Shown here piece after piece: positions 9,545 to 19,230 of a stretch of 64,000 bases of DNA (positions are counted from its first letter, which is position 1; each line of letters starts with the position of its first letter). Both the position numbers and the translations under genes were made by a program. The stretch spans positions 32,001 through 96,000 of the forward strand of contig JBDTZG010000010.1 of assembly GCA_040005235.1 (NCBI GenBank). Reading direction: 5' to 3'. The notes below the pieces were generated by a model. It made no database searches, had not been told where the DNA came from, and saw only the letters and a program-made list of their open reading frames with translations. This DNA comes from Acidobacteriota bacterium. GTDB taxonomy: Bacteria; Acidobacteriota; Thermoanaerobaculia; Multivoradales; UBA5704.

Positions 9545-12500
9545 TTAAGGCGTTCTACAAAGGGATATTGGACGACTCGTGCCCCGCTCTAGATACTCAC
9601 CGTCGAGGCACATCTGTAGCCCAGATTGCACAAGCGAGAGTCGAAGCTCCGCATCGTTGTCGAGCGGGCGAATTGCGCGAAACTCCGTTTCAGTAGCGTA
9701 AATCACTATCAGATCTTGTGTCGGTGGATTTGCCCCCGCTATTAAGATGCGCGCAGAAACCTCGCCGTTGTTTTCCTCAATATAGAGAACCGAAGGGTAC
9801 GTCGCGATCGTACCCTCCCACGTACCAACCAAGGGGTGTGCTGCCTCCGAAAAATAGCCGTTAGCGTCGAGAATCAGATGAACGGAACCGCCAGAGAGAG
9901 TAGCGAGTGATGCCAGCTCTCCGTTCGACGACAACCCAAGAACGGCGTTGTTTGTACGTGTTTGGCTGGATCGGAAGTTGATCGTGGTGGTCGTCGGTAC
10001 AGCTTCGTCTGCCGGGAACAGAGTTATGAACCCGCCAGACGAGCCCGCTACGGCTGAAGCGTTGATCGACACAGCTTTGGCCGCTACAGGAATACCGCAC
10101 ATTCCACCCGCGGAAAATATCTTCGTTACGCCAGAGAAAAGCGGCGCTGGCCCCTGGCGGGTGTCCGCGAATCTGCAGGGTGTCACTGAATAGAAATCGA
10201 GCGCTTTTGGCTCGTAGATCGCGACATCGTCAATGTACCACCCGTCACCTGTTCCAGCCGCATTGGTTACGAGTTCAAACGCGATCACTACCAGTGTCTT
10301 GCCAGCGAGAGCGCTCAGATCAATGGTCACCTTTGTCCATCCAGTACTCGTACCGGAGAATGTCCGTACTACTTGCTGACTGAAACTACCATCGTCTGCA
10401 CGCACCCAAACCCTCCCAACGTCGCCGCTATCAGCGAACTGGTAGCGGTGCCAAAACGAAAGTTGCACCGCATGCCGATTCCTGAGGTCCAATCCCCCAA
10501 TCGCAATGAACGCTTCGGTATTGTTGGCATAGTTTCCTAATGGGCTGTCGGTCCATGAATGGGTTGGGCTATGTGCGCTTGATTGCGTCAGCGCCCAAGT
10601 GCTTTGGTAATTCCACCTAGGCCCGCTCTCCATGTCATCTTCGAAGATCATCGGACGCATGCCGTCCTCGCTGATAATCGTCACGACCGCCGATCCAGGA
10701 GAACCCACCGTATAGGCCAAGCTAGGCTGAAGCGAGAGCACGACCGTCTCGTCGTCCTCAACGTAGAAATCGTCAGCAGGAAACACGGGAATCGTGAAAG
10801 CAGAGACACCAGCGGGGATCGTTACGGTGCCCTGGCCCAAGCTATGGTCAACTCCCATGATCGCCGTACCGAGAATCGTGTATGTGACAGAGAGTGCCGA
10901 CGCAGTGCTTCCTGTTCTTTGAATTAAAAACGTACCCGACGTCATGGGGTTCTCCGTCGCTGTGACGTCTGTTGCAGTCACGCTAACGACAGGAAGGGCG
11001 CCTGGGCCACATGCCAAAGTGGCGAAGGAACGATCCCCACCTTCTGTGGTCTCAAAGGAATTGAAAGCTACTGCCCTGAAGTGGTAGGTCGTACCACAGG
11101 CCAAACCTTCGAGAGTCACCGAGGTAGAAACATTCGCCGATCCGGATCCCGCGTTGAGGTCAAGCGTTGTCTGCCCATACGAGGACGTAGTTCCCCATTT
11201 GAAGTAGTAGCGGGTACTGACGCCGTTCGGGTTGATGGTCGCGTTCAAGACCACAAGGCTTCCACTAAAAACCCCGGCCTCGTCCGTGGTAACAAAAGGC
11301 GGGCCCACACCACCACACGCCAAGGTAGTGAAGGTGCGATCAACGCCATCAGTAGTGCCAAAGGCGTTAATAGCAAAGGCTCTGAAGTGGTAGGTGGTTC
11401 CACACACTAACCCCTCCAGTGTCAGCGCGATAGATATCACCGAACTTCCAGAGCCTGCGCTAAAATCGACTGTTGTGTGATCGTATGATGTCGTTGTGCC
11501 CCATTTGAAGTAGTAACGGGTCTCTGAGCCTCTAGGATTTACTAGTGCGTTTAGGACTGCACTATTGCCGGTAATCGCTCCAGCTTCCTGCGTAGTCACG
11601 CTCGGCGCACTAGAGCCTCCACCGCCCGAGCAGGCAGTGGTTCTAAAATCTCGCAAGCTTCCGGCAGGCGCTTGCCCGACTGAGTTACTAGCGTGTGCCC
11701 GAAAGTAGTACCTCGTGCCGCACTCCAAGTTGTACACGCTTATGCTAACGGTCCGATCTTGAGTCCCGCCACCGATTGCAATGTGCTCTGTCTCATCATT
11801 CGGAGTCGAATCGTCGGCTTCCAGATCAAACCAAACTTCAGTGTTGGCCCCACCTGGGTTAGCAGTCATGTTGAGACGGGCGCTTGACTGATTGATTTGA
11901 TCTGCAACAAGCGTCGTTACCTGCGGTGCTGTGCTGGAGGGCAGTGAAATATCCAGCCGAACATCGTCTACACGGAAAATGGTCGGTTGGCTATCGTTGT
12001 TAGTCGTTCCGAGGAAGTGAAGTCGAATCGTCTGGCCGACGAAGTTGATCAGATTGAACTCACGCCTTACGTATCCGCTCGATGCGTCCTGGTTCGAATA
12101 CAACCGCAAGCTCGACAGAAAGCTGCCGCTGGATTTTTGGAGAGTTGCGTTCAGGAAATCTTGCGCAGCTCCCCCTGTAGGCTCGCTGGTCGAAATGCTT
12201 GTCCAGAATGATAGCGTTGCAGCCGTGGCATTCGCGGGAATCGCGACCTGCTGGTAGAGTGTGCCGTTGAGGTTGTTTCCAGGAGAGCCGCTGGCAGTTG
12301 AAAGGTATGCGTACCCCGGACCATCGTGGAAATTCGGGAAATCATCGGTCGCGTGAAAATCTCCTGAGTGCGTCCAGAAGTCAGAATCATCCGCAAAGGT
12401 TCCGTTGCGGATAAGGTTCTGTGTACCGCTTCCGCCGCCGCCGCAGGTGGCTGTGGTGAACGAGAGAATCTGACCGGGAGTGGCACCGCCAACCCCATTC

Positions 12501-13735
12501 TGTGCCCTGGCTCGGAAGAAGTAGGTCTTTCCGCAAGTTAACCCGCCTTGAGTGATGCTCGTTGAGATTGGACTGGTTCCTGATCCGACAGACTTCTGCG
12601 GAGTGGTGCAGCAGAAGCTCGTATCGGTGTCGTAGTCAAACCAAATCGTTGTGGCGCTCCCGTTAGGATCGACCGTGAGATTTAGAGAAGCGCTGCCCTG
12701 GCTTAGTCCTGTGGCAGCGCCGGTAGTAACAGTTGGTGCCGCAGGTGGCTCACAGCTTCCATCGGCCAGAGGAATACACTGCCCTCCAACAGGGACAAGA
12801 TAGTTGTCCTCTGACAAGCCGCGAATGCTCCCCCAGTTAACGTCCCACATTTTCCAGCAATAGCTGCTGTGCGTTAGTGTCGTACTACTAACGACTACAG
12901 TTCCAAGAGATCCTGCAGGAACCTGGCCGATTACCGCCCCGGAAGTCGTACTACGGACATTGATTGACTGACTCGCTCTTACTGGAGTGCCAACTGCAAT
13001 GTAGCCGAATTTCCTGCGATATGCTTCAACGAGCGACATATAGGGCGACACGGGCCGTTCAATTCCATCGAGCCCCAAAATGGCAATCTCGAAATGTAAA
13101 TGGTATGTAGTCGTCGGTGCTCCCAATCGATCAACGTTGGAAACTAAGCCTAAGGTAGTGCCGGGCGAAACTATCGCCTGAGCGCTTACCTGCGTTGATT
13201 TCATGTGCAGATACGAATAGATCAAGCCGTCGGAGCCTTGCACCACCACATATTGGCTCTCTGGATTACCGGCTGGCACATGGATGACTCGACCACCTGA
13301 TGCCGATACCACCCAATGAAGCTCATCGTGGCAAGTTTCTGGTCGAATATCTTGACCGGCGTGATCGTCTCCTGGGTCTTCTCCACATGCCGAAACATTT
13401 TGGCCGCCCGATCGTTTTTCACAGAAGTTGTCATGCCAAGGGTAGGAGTAGTTTGAGGGGCAACACTGCAAAAGCGATATCGGCGACGAGCACGGAAAGC
13501 CCGGCTGATCACCGCCGGGGTTATAATTCTGCGAGTTGGCGAACCCAAAACCTTGTAGGGGAAAGATAATTCCGGGAGCCTGAACAGCGCAGTCCCGTTT
13601 TCCGAAACCACTGCTGTCAGGATACAGCTGCCCTGGAGGGGAATAAGTAAAGTCAGCGCCCCAACTTAGCGACGTTCCAAAACTCAGTGTGAAGAGCAAG
13701 AAATATCTGCATAACCTAGCGATACTGTTTAGCAC
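9545..13735 (-). CDS. Large secreted multidomain protein: M23 peptidase, SH3-like, FN3-like repeats, Calx-beta, carbohydrate-binding-like domains
   Basis: Signal peptide; HAGQD (HxxxD) and HLHFE (HxH); four APxVTT...YxFRA repeats; EDDETVVLSL; FYSVTPCRFADTR C-terminal module. Confidence 0.8.
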   Translation of the reverse strand: MLNSIARLCRYFLLFTLSFGTSLSWGADFTYSPPGQLYPDSSGFGKRDCAVQAPGIIFPLQGFGFANSQNYNPGGDQPGFPCSSPISLLQCCPSNYSYPWHDNFCEKRSGGQNVSACGEDPGDDHAGQDIRPETCHDELHWVVSASGGRVIHVPAGNPESQYVVVQGSDGLIYSYLHMKSTQVSAQAIVSPGTTLGLVSNVDRLGAPTTTYHLHFEIAILGLDGIERPVSPYMSLVEAYRRKFGYIAVGTPVRASQSINVRSTTSGAVIGQVPAGSLGTVVVSSTTLTHSSYCWKMWDVNWGSIRGLSEDNYLVPVGGQCIPLADGSCEPPAAPTVTTGAATGLSQGSASLNLTVDPNGSATTIWFDYDTDTSFCCTTPQKSVGSGTSPISTSITQGGLTCGKTYFFRARAQNGVGGATPGQILSFTTATCGGGGSGTQNLIRNGTFADDSDFWTHSGDFHATDDFPNFHDGPGYAYLSTASGSPGNNLNGTLYQQVAIPANATAATLSFWTSISTSEPTGGAAQDFLNATLQKSSGSFLSSLRLYSNQDASSGYVRREFNLINFVGQTIRLHFLGTTNNDSQPTIFRVDDVRLDISLPSSTAPQVTTLVADQINQSSARLNMTANPGGANTEVWFDLEADDSTPNDETEHIAIGGGTQDRTVSISVYNLECGTRYYFRAHASNSVGQAPAGSLRDFRTTACSGGGGSSAPSVTTQEAGAITGNSAVLNALVNPRGSETRYYFKWGTTTSYDHTTVDFSAGSGSSVISIALTLEGLVCGTTYHFRAFAINAFGTTDGVDRTFTTLACGGVGPPFVTTDEAGVFSGSLVVLNATINPNGVSTRYYFKWGTTSSYGQTTLDLNAGSGSANVSTSVTLEGLACGTTYHFRAVAFNSFETTEGGDRSFATLACGPGALPVVSVTATDVTATENPMTSGTFLIQRTGSTASALSVTYTILGTAIMGVDHSLGQGTVTIPAGVSAFTIPVFPADDFYVEDDETVVLSLQPSLAYTVGSPGSAVVTIISEDGMRPMIFEDDMESGPRWNYQSTWALTQSSAHSPTHSWTDSPLGNYANNTEAFIAIGGLDLRNRHAVQLSFWHRYQFADSGDVGRVWVRADDGSFSQQVVRTFSGTSTGWTKVTIDLSALAGKTLVVIAFELVTNAAGTGDGWYIDDVAIYEPKALDFYSVTPCRFADTRQGPAPLFSGVTKIFSAGGMCGIPVAAKAVSINASAVAGSSGGFITLFPADEAVPTTTTINFRSSQTRTNNAVLGLSSNGELASLATLSGGSVHLILDANGYFSEAAHPLVGTWEGTIATYPSVLYIEENNGEVSARILIAGANPPTQDLIVIYATETEFRAIRPLDNDAELRLSLVQSGLQMCLDGEYLERGTSRPISLCRTP

Positions 13736-14321
13736 GATTCCCTCCTACATAGGTGAGCGAGCTAGCAAAAGTGCGAAGGTAATCATCGTCTGCGCAGAGG
13801 GTTGATATTCTTGAGTCGCAAGAAAGAAGTACTAAGTTAGCCGTGTCGTATTGACGCCATGAAAGCCACCAGATACCCGCTTCGTCTCTTCTGATGTCTG
13901 CTGGAACTCCACGAATTGTATCTGTAGGTGGAGATGCCGAGGTCACAGTGGAAGATCGAGCATGACGGAAGTCCTGTCCCGTTATAGTTAGACTGATTCC
14001 CTTACTCCTAGGCAAAACAACAGCGGAGTACGATGAATCGTCCACCACGACTGAGATACCGTCTAAAAGCTCTGGGTCCGAAGGAAGTAGTACCGGCACC
14101 GGCGATGAATCTATTGTTGCTATCAGAGCTGGGGGTAGCTGTTGTCGAAGTGAGTCGTTTCGATCAGGGAGGGAAGATATTTGATTTTTACTATCCTGCT
14201 GCGCCAGAAGAGCCGTGCCTGCGAATAAGACAATCGCGGCAAAAACAGGCCAGCGTCCAAGCTTTGAATATCGCCAATGTTCCATATGCACAATATTATC
14301 TCCTATGCGAACGTGGTGCAA
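13716..14321 (-). CDS. Hypothetical exported protein
   Basis: Signal-like segment; overlaps the M23 gene start. Confidence 0.6.
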   Translation of the reverse strand: MHHVRIGDNIVHMEHWRYSKLGRWPVFAAIVLFAGTALLAQQDSKNQISSLPDRNDSLRQQLPPALIATIDSSPVPVLLPSDPELLDGISVVVDDSSYSAVVLPRSKGISLTITGQDFRHARSSTVTSASPPTDTIRGVPADIRRDEAGIWWLSWRQYDTANLVLLSCDSRISTLCADDDYLRTFASSLTYVGGNRAKQYR

Positions 14322-14571
14322 ATTACGAAGATGCTCCTGAGGATCTCTCGTCTGGAGCTATACGCTCGCGAGAGATTAGGCCCAGAGCTGCGCGACACAT
14401 TCCGTATACGTGTAAGCGCTGAAGGCGCATTGATCGGCACAGCGCCTATTCCTCAATAGCCGGCCGCAGACACCTCCCCACACTTCCTCCCCCTCGAACA
14501 CCTCTTCCTACAACCTACAAGCGCAGGCCGCGGGAAACTAGCTTCACGGGTCGCGAGGAAGGCTTGGAGGG

Positions 14572-14790
14572 TTAATCGTAGAAGAACAGGAGGGGCTTGC
14601 CGTAGAGGTCGGCAAGTTCTTGCAGCTCAATGGGATCTATACGCCGCTCTCCGGTCTCGATCCTGGAGATGTACTTCTGAATCGCACCCAATGCCGCGCC
14701 TGACTCCTCCTGGCTGAGTCCAGCGGCCAAGCGAGCCTCTCTGAGCCGCAGCAGGAGCTTGCGGTAGCGCTCTGGGTGTCGTGCTGCCAT
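14572..14790 (-). CDS. XRE-family HTH regulator
   Basis: LREARLAAGLSQEE...ISRIETGERRID. Confidence 0.9.
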   Translation of the reverse strand: MAARHPERYRKLLLRLREARLAAGLSQEESGAALGAIQKYISRIETGERRIDPIELQELADLYGKPLLFFYD

Positions 14791-14821
14791 GGGAGCATGG
14801 GTTTATCCCCCCTTGCTCGCC

Positions 14822-14853
14822 TAGACCAACTTCGTCTAGACTATCATCGTCTA
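14822..14853. promoter_or_regulatory. Tandem operator boxes, TAGAC-N7-GTCTA x2
   Basis: TAGAC CAACTTC GTCTA overlaps TAGAC TATCATC GTCTA, between the divergent XRE and lipoprotein genes. Confidence 0.65.
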
Positions 14854-14927
14854 ACAGGGCGTACTCCCCCAAGGGCACCTCTTCCAGGGTCTTTGGTCGG
14901 CAACCACCGAAAAGGAGGAATCCCTGT

Positions 14928-15392
14928 ATGAATCGCAGAGCTCGTTCCGCCGCCGCAGTCTTCATCCTCTCCCTCATATCCTTCGCCTGTGGCGGAGGTG
15001 GTGGGGGTGGAGGCCCCACCGATCCGCCCGCGCCAAGCGGCAAACGGTTCCAATTCACCGTTGTCGCCGCACCCGGCAACTTCGAGGGTGGCATTCTTGA
15101 AGGAGCCATCTTCTTCGACGATCGGGAGGTCGGCCGTACCGATTGGAGTAGGGCCGGAGGCCCATGTGAGTTCCCTTGTGAAGTTCTCGGAGACGTGCAG
15201 GGAATCCCGCCGGGCAGCCACGTCGTGCGCTTTACCGTGGTTCGCCAGGAACGTGCCCTCATGTTCTACCAAATCATCCTGAGCGGTTTCGTCATTGATC
15301 CCGTAAGCGGGAGCCGCACACAGATCAACCGGGTCTCAGACAGGGTTCGGCTGCGCGCAGGGGAGAGCGTCAACTTCACCGTGACGATCTAG
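14928..15392 (+). CDS. Putative lipoprotein
   Basis: AAGGAGG RBS; lipobox-like SFAC followed by a Gly-rich linker. Confidence 0.7.
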   Translation: MNRRARSAAAVFILSLISFACGGGGGGGGPTDPPAPSGKRFQFTVVAAPGNFEGGILEGAIFFDDREVGRTDWSRAGGPCEFPCEVLGDVQGIPPGSHVVRFTVVRQERALMFYQIILSGFVIDPVSGSRTQINRVSDRVRLRAGESVNFTVTI

Positions 15393-15579
15393 CCGATCGA
15401 GCTGATTGGGCTTCGAGGAGGTGGGCGAGCCCCTTTATTTAGGGTCTCTCGTTCACCTCATTCATTGCTGCCGGCCCTACTAGCGCTATCATCTAAGATG
15501 TCGAAAGCGGCACGATGGTAGGCCATCTCGTGACGCTGGTTTCTCCTTTTTTGCGCTTGTACCCATATGGTCCTCCGAG

Positions 15580-16158
15580 ATGAGCCCTATGCCCGATGAC
15601 TCTCCCATCACCGAAAATCTCCTTTCCTGGAGCGGTGGCGATCCGGCTGGCCTTGAGGAGGTCATGGCCCTGGTGTACGCCGACCTGCGCGAGATGTCGC
15701 GACGCGCGCTCAGGGGCGAGCGCGAGGCCCATACGCTAAATCCAACGGCCCTCGTGCATGAGGTGTACATGCGACTGGCGAAACTCAAGCGGGTCTCGTG
15801 GGAGAACCGCAAGCCGTTCTTCGCCTTCGCCGCCCGGCTTATGCGCAGAGTTCTCGTGGAGCATGCGCGGGCCGCGAACGCGATCAAGCGCGAAGGATTC
15901 GGAAGGCGGGTGGATCTCGAACTCGACGACCTGCCAAACGGCAGACAAACACTGGACGCCCTTCTTCTCGATGACGTGCTCACCCGGCTAGAAGCGCAGG
16001 ACCCCTTTCTCGTACGGCTCATCGAGCTGCGATTCTTCTCGGGGCTCACCGAGGATGAGGCGGCGGCGGTACTCGCGGTGCCACGCACTACTGTGCAACG
16101 AGAATGGCGCGTCGGGAAGCTCTTGCTTGCGGAGATGCTCGGAGGAACGCAGGGGTGA
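15580..16158 (+). CDS. ECF sigma factor of the Ser/Thr-kinase-associated type
   Basis: HTLNPTALVHEVY, FAARLMRRVLVEHAR, ELRFFSGLT. Confidence 0.9.
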   Translation: MSPMPDDSPITENLLSWSGGDPAGLEEVMALVYADLREMSRRALRGEREAHTLNPTALVHEVYMRLAKLKRVSWENRKPFFAFAARLMRRVLVEHARAANAIKREGFGRRVDLELDDLPNGRQTLDALLLDDVLTRLEAQDPFLVRLIELRFFSGLTEDEAAAVLAVPRTTVQREWRVGKLLLAEMLGGTQG

Positions 16159-19100
16159 TCGATCTAGGGCGGTGGAACGAGATCAAAGAGATCGTGCAGG
16201 CAGCGCTCGACCTGCCCGAAGAGGAACAAGCGGCCTATATCAAGGACACCTGCGAGGGCGATGTCGAGCTGCAAAACCAGGCAGCCGTTCTCCTATCCGT
16301 CTCAGCGACTCAGGCCGACGCCTACGACAACCTCGTCGTCAGGCCGCCGAACTTCTACGCTCCGGAGTTCAAGGATGGCGATGAGATCGGCCCGTACAAG
16401 ATCCTGCGCCCATTGGGCAAGGGTGGCATGGGAAGCGTATACCTCGCCGAGGACACGAGGCACGACCGACAGGTCGCCCTCAAAGCCCTTACCTTCCGCA
16501 GCCAAGTTCCGATGCGCGAACAGCGAGCCCTCGCCAAGCTCAACCACCCCAACATCGCCGCCCTCTACGACAGCGGACAGACAGCCGACGGATCTCCTTT
16601 CTTCGTCATGGAGTTCGTGGATGGCGTGCCCATAACAGAGTACTGTGAGTCGCATAGTCTCTCGGTAAAGAAACGCCTGCGCCTCTTCTTGGCGGCTTGC
16701 GAGGCGGTCGCCTATGCGCACCGCAACCTCGTCGTGCATCGTGACATCAAGCCGGGAAACATCCTGGTCACCGACGATGGCATGCCGAAACTCCTCGACT
16801 TCGGCATCGCAAAGAACCTCTCCCCGTCACTCCTGGAGGGGACAATAACTGCCCAAGCAGATCGCCCGATGACCATCGCATTCGCGAGCCCCGAGCAGCT
16901 CTCCGGTGATGTCACATCGACGTCGACCGACATCTATTCGCTCGGTGTCCTCCTCTGCTTAATGCTAACGGATCGCCTCCCGTACCCGGTGAAGAGCCTC
17001 CATGATCTTCCATGGGCCGTGCGGAATATGGAACCCGAAAGACCAAGCCAGCTCGTGCGGAAGCCAGCGCAAAATGAGGAAGATATCGAACTGGTTCCCG
17101 CATCGACTGTACCGCCTTCCCGAAAGCTCGTGCGCTCCCTAACTGGGGATCTCGACGCAATTGTTCTCAAAGCTCTTCGCAAAGAGCCCGAGCGTCGCTA
17201 CCAGACCGTCGCCGAACTCGCAGCCGATATTGGTCGCCATTTGAACGACGAGCCGGTGTCTGCCAGAAAAGGGTCGAATCGATATCGGGCAGGGAAGGTC
17301 ATTCAACGCCATCCGATTGGCGTAGCTGTGGGTGGCATCGTTACGCTTGTTCTCTTGGGTTTTTCGATTTTGCTTCTGGGACAATACCGACGCGCGCTCC
17401 GGGGAGAACGCCAAGCTTCGAATCAAGCAGAACGTACCCGACACGTGAATCGCTTTGTCATCAATCTTCTTCGCAGGACAAATCCCTTGGACCAGCTCAG
17501 CGACTCAAATGCGTCAATAGAGGAGCTTCTCGACCAATCATCCCGAACTATCACGACGAGCCTGAATGACTATCCTGACATCAAAGCTTCCCTCCTCAGT
17601 GTACTCGGGGAAATATTAGATGGCCGGGATGATGATGCAAGAGCCAAACGCCTCCTGGAGCAGGCGCTCGAGCTTCAACGGCGCGGACCGCGCGACTTGT
17701 CTCTCGCTGAAACTCTCCAACGATATGGGACTGTCCTGACGAGTCTGGGGCAGTACCGAGAATCGGATGCCATCCTGGCCGAAGCGAAAGACATCGTAAC
17801 TACAACCGCGGAACAAGGAGATCCAGTACTTGAGTCACATATTCTATTGGCAGCCGCGATTAACAGGATTCATCAAGCTGACTTCGACTCCGCTCGCCAA
17901 CTTTCTCAAGAAGCACTCCTCTCTCTCCGCCACTCGCCCAACAGTCTCCCAGAGCTGGCGACGTCGCTCCTCGCCCTTGGCCGAATACTCGCAGAGAAGG
18001 ATCGAGATGCGGAAGCCGAGGCACTTTTCCGCCAAGCGCTCTCCTATGCTGAGAGAATGCACGATGCAAGAAATCTACACGTCGGACTAATAATGGATTC
18101 CTTAGGTGGCCTCCTATACAAGCGAGGTGACTACACTAGTGCTCAAAAGATGTACCTTCAAGCACTAGATATTGAGCGCACCACAATGGGCGTCGGCAGT
18201 GAGAGCTATGCAACTACGCTTCATAACCTCGGCGCGAACGCGTCCGCTCAAGGGCACTATGATGATGCGCTGGAAAAGTACATGCAGGCGGTTGCGATAT
18301 ATGAAAAAAAACTTCCCCCGAACCATCAACGTACTCTCATAGCACGAAATCAGCTGGCCACTACTCTCGTGCAACTTGGCCGACATGATCTCGCTGAGAA
18401 ACAACTTCTAGAGATTCTTACCACGGAACGGGCAACGCTTTCAAATAATCACCCTGCGGTCGCCTCGACTCTGAACAACCTAGCATACCTCTACAGCGAT
18501 CAGGGCCGATTTCAGGAGGCGGAGATTTGCTATAAGGAAGCTCTGGATATATTTCTAGGGCTAGTCGGTCGCAATAGCCGGCCCGTTGCGACAATGCATG
18601 GCAACCTTGGAAATATCGCCCGCAACAAAGGAGAGAACCGAATTGCGAGGCGCCACTTTGAAGAGGCACTAGAGATAACGCGAGGAATTGACGGGGGAAG
18701 AATTCCAGATACCGTTACAGCCCTGTCAAACCTCGCAGCCTTCTATATTTCAACCGGTGAGCTGACCAAAGCTCATGAACTTGTTACTGAGGCGGTCTCA
18801 CTCGCCGAATCGGTGGTAGGTCATGCTAACCCACTTACCGGGTCTATCCACTCCCTGGAGGCAAAACTCCTCTTGGCTGAGGGTGATATTCCGGGGGCGC
18901 TTTCACAAGTTCGACAGGCGCGAGCGATCTTGTTAGGAACTGTTCCCGAAAAGGATTGGAAGGTTGCTATCACAACTAGCCTGCTCGGAGCGGCCCTTGG
19001 CCAGTCAGGTCGAATCGAAGAGGCCGAGAAGTTACTTCTTGGGTCGCTATCCGAACTTCGCAGAATCAAAGGTCCCCACTCGCTTCCTGCTCTAGAGGCT

Positions 19101-19169
19101 CAGGAGAGAGTCCGCGTGTTCTACAAGAGCATCGGGCGTGGCGGCGCGGCTGCAAAGTATAGGAGGTAG
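16155..19169 (+). CDS. Hanks-type Ser/Thr kinase with TM segment and TPR repeats
   Basis: GKGGMGSVY, VALK, HRDIKPGN, DFG and SPE motifs; GTG start overlaps the ECF stop (GTGA). Confidence 0.92.
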   Translation: MIDLGRWNEIKEIVQAALDLPEEEQAAYIKDTCEGDVELQNQAAVLLSVSATQADAYDNLVVRPPNFYAPEFKDGDEIGPYKILRPLGKGGMGSVYLAEDTRHDRQVALKALTFRSQVPMREQRALAKLNHPNIAALYDSGQTADGSPFFVMEFVDGVPITEYCESHSLSVKKRLRLFLAACEAVAYAHRNLVVHRDIKPGNILVTDDGMPKLLDFGIAKNLSPSLLEGTITAQADRPMTIAFASPEQLSGDVTSTSTDIYSLGVLLCLMLTDRLPYPVKSLHDLPWAVRNMEPERPSQLVRKPAQNEEDIELVPASTVPPSRKLVRSLTGDLDAIVLKALRKEPERRYQTVAELAADIGRHLNDEPVSARKGSNRYRAGKVIQRHPIGVAVGGIVTLVLLGFSILLLGQYRRALRGERQASNQAERTRHVNRFVINLLRRTNPLDQLSDSNASIEELLDQSSRTITTSLNDYPDIKASLLSVLGEILDGRDDDARAKRLLEQALELQRRGPRDLSLAETLQRYGTVLTSLGQYRESDAILAEAKDIVTTTAEQGDPVLESHILLAAAINRIHQADFDSARQLSQEALLSLRHSPNSLPELATSLLALGRILAEKDRDAEAEALFRQALSYAERMHDARNLHVGLIMDSLGGLLYKRGDYTSAQKMYLQALDIERTTMGVGSESYATTLHNLGANASAQGHYDDALEKYMQAVAIYEKKLPPNHQRTLIARNQLATTLVQLGRHDLAEKQLLEILTTERATLSNNHPAVASTLNNLAYLYSDQGRFQEAEICYKEALDIFLGLVGRNSRPVATMHGNLGNIARNKGENRIARRHFEEALEITRGIDGGRIPDTVTALSNLAAFYISTGELTKAHELVTEAVSLAESVVGHANPLTGSIHSLEAKLLLAEGDIPGALSQVRQARAILLGTVPEKDWKVAITTSLLGAALGQSGRIEEAEKLLLGSLSELRRIKGPHSLPALEAQERVRVFYKSIGRGGAAAKYRR

Positions 19170-19230
19170 GCTTGGAACTCTGCCAGCCCTTCCTGAGGTA
19201 CGAGGCGCTATTGTAATTCTGACTTAACCG

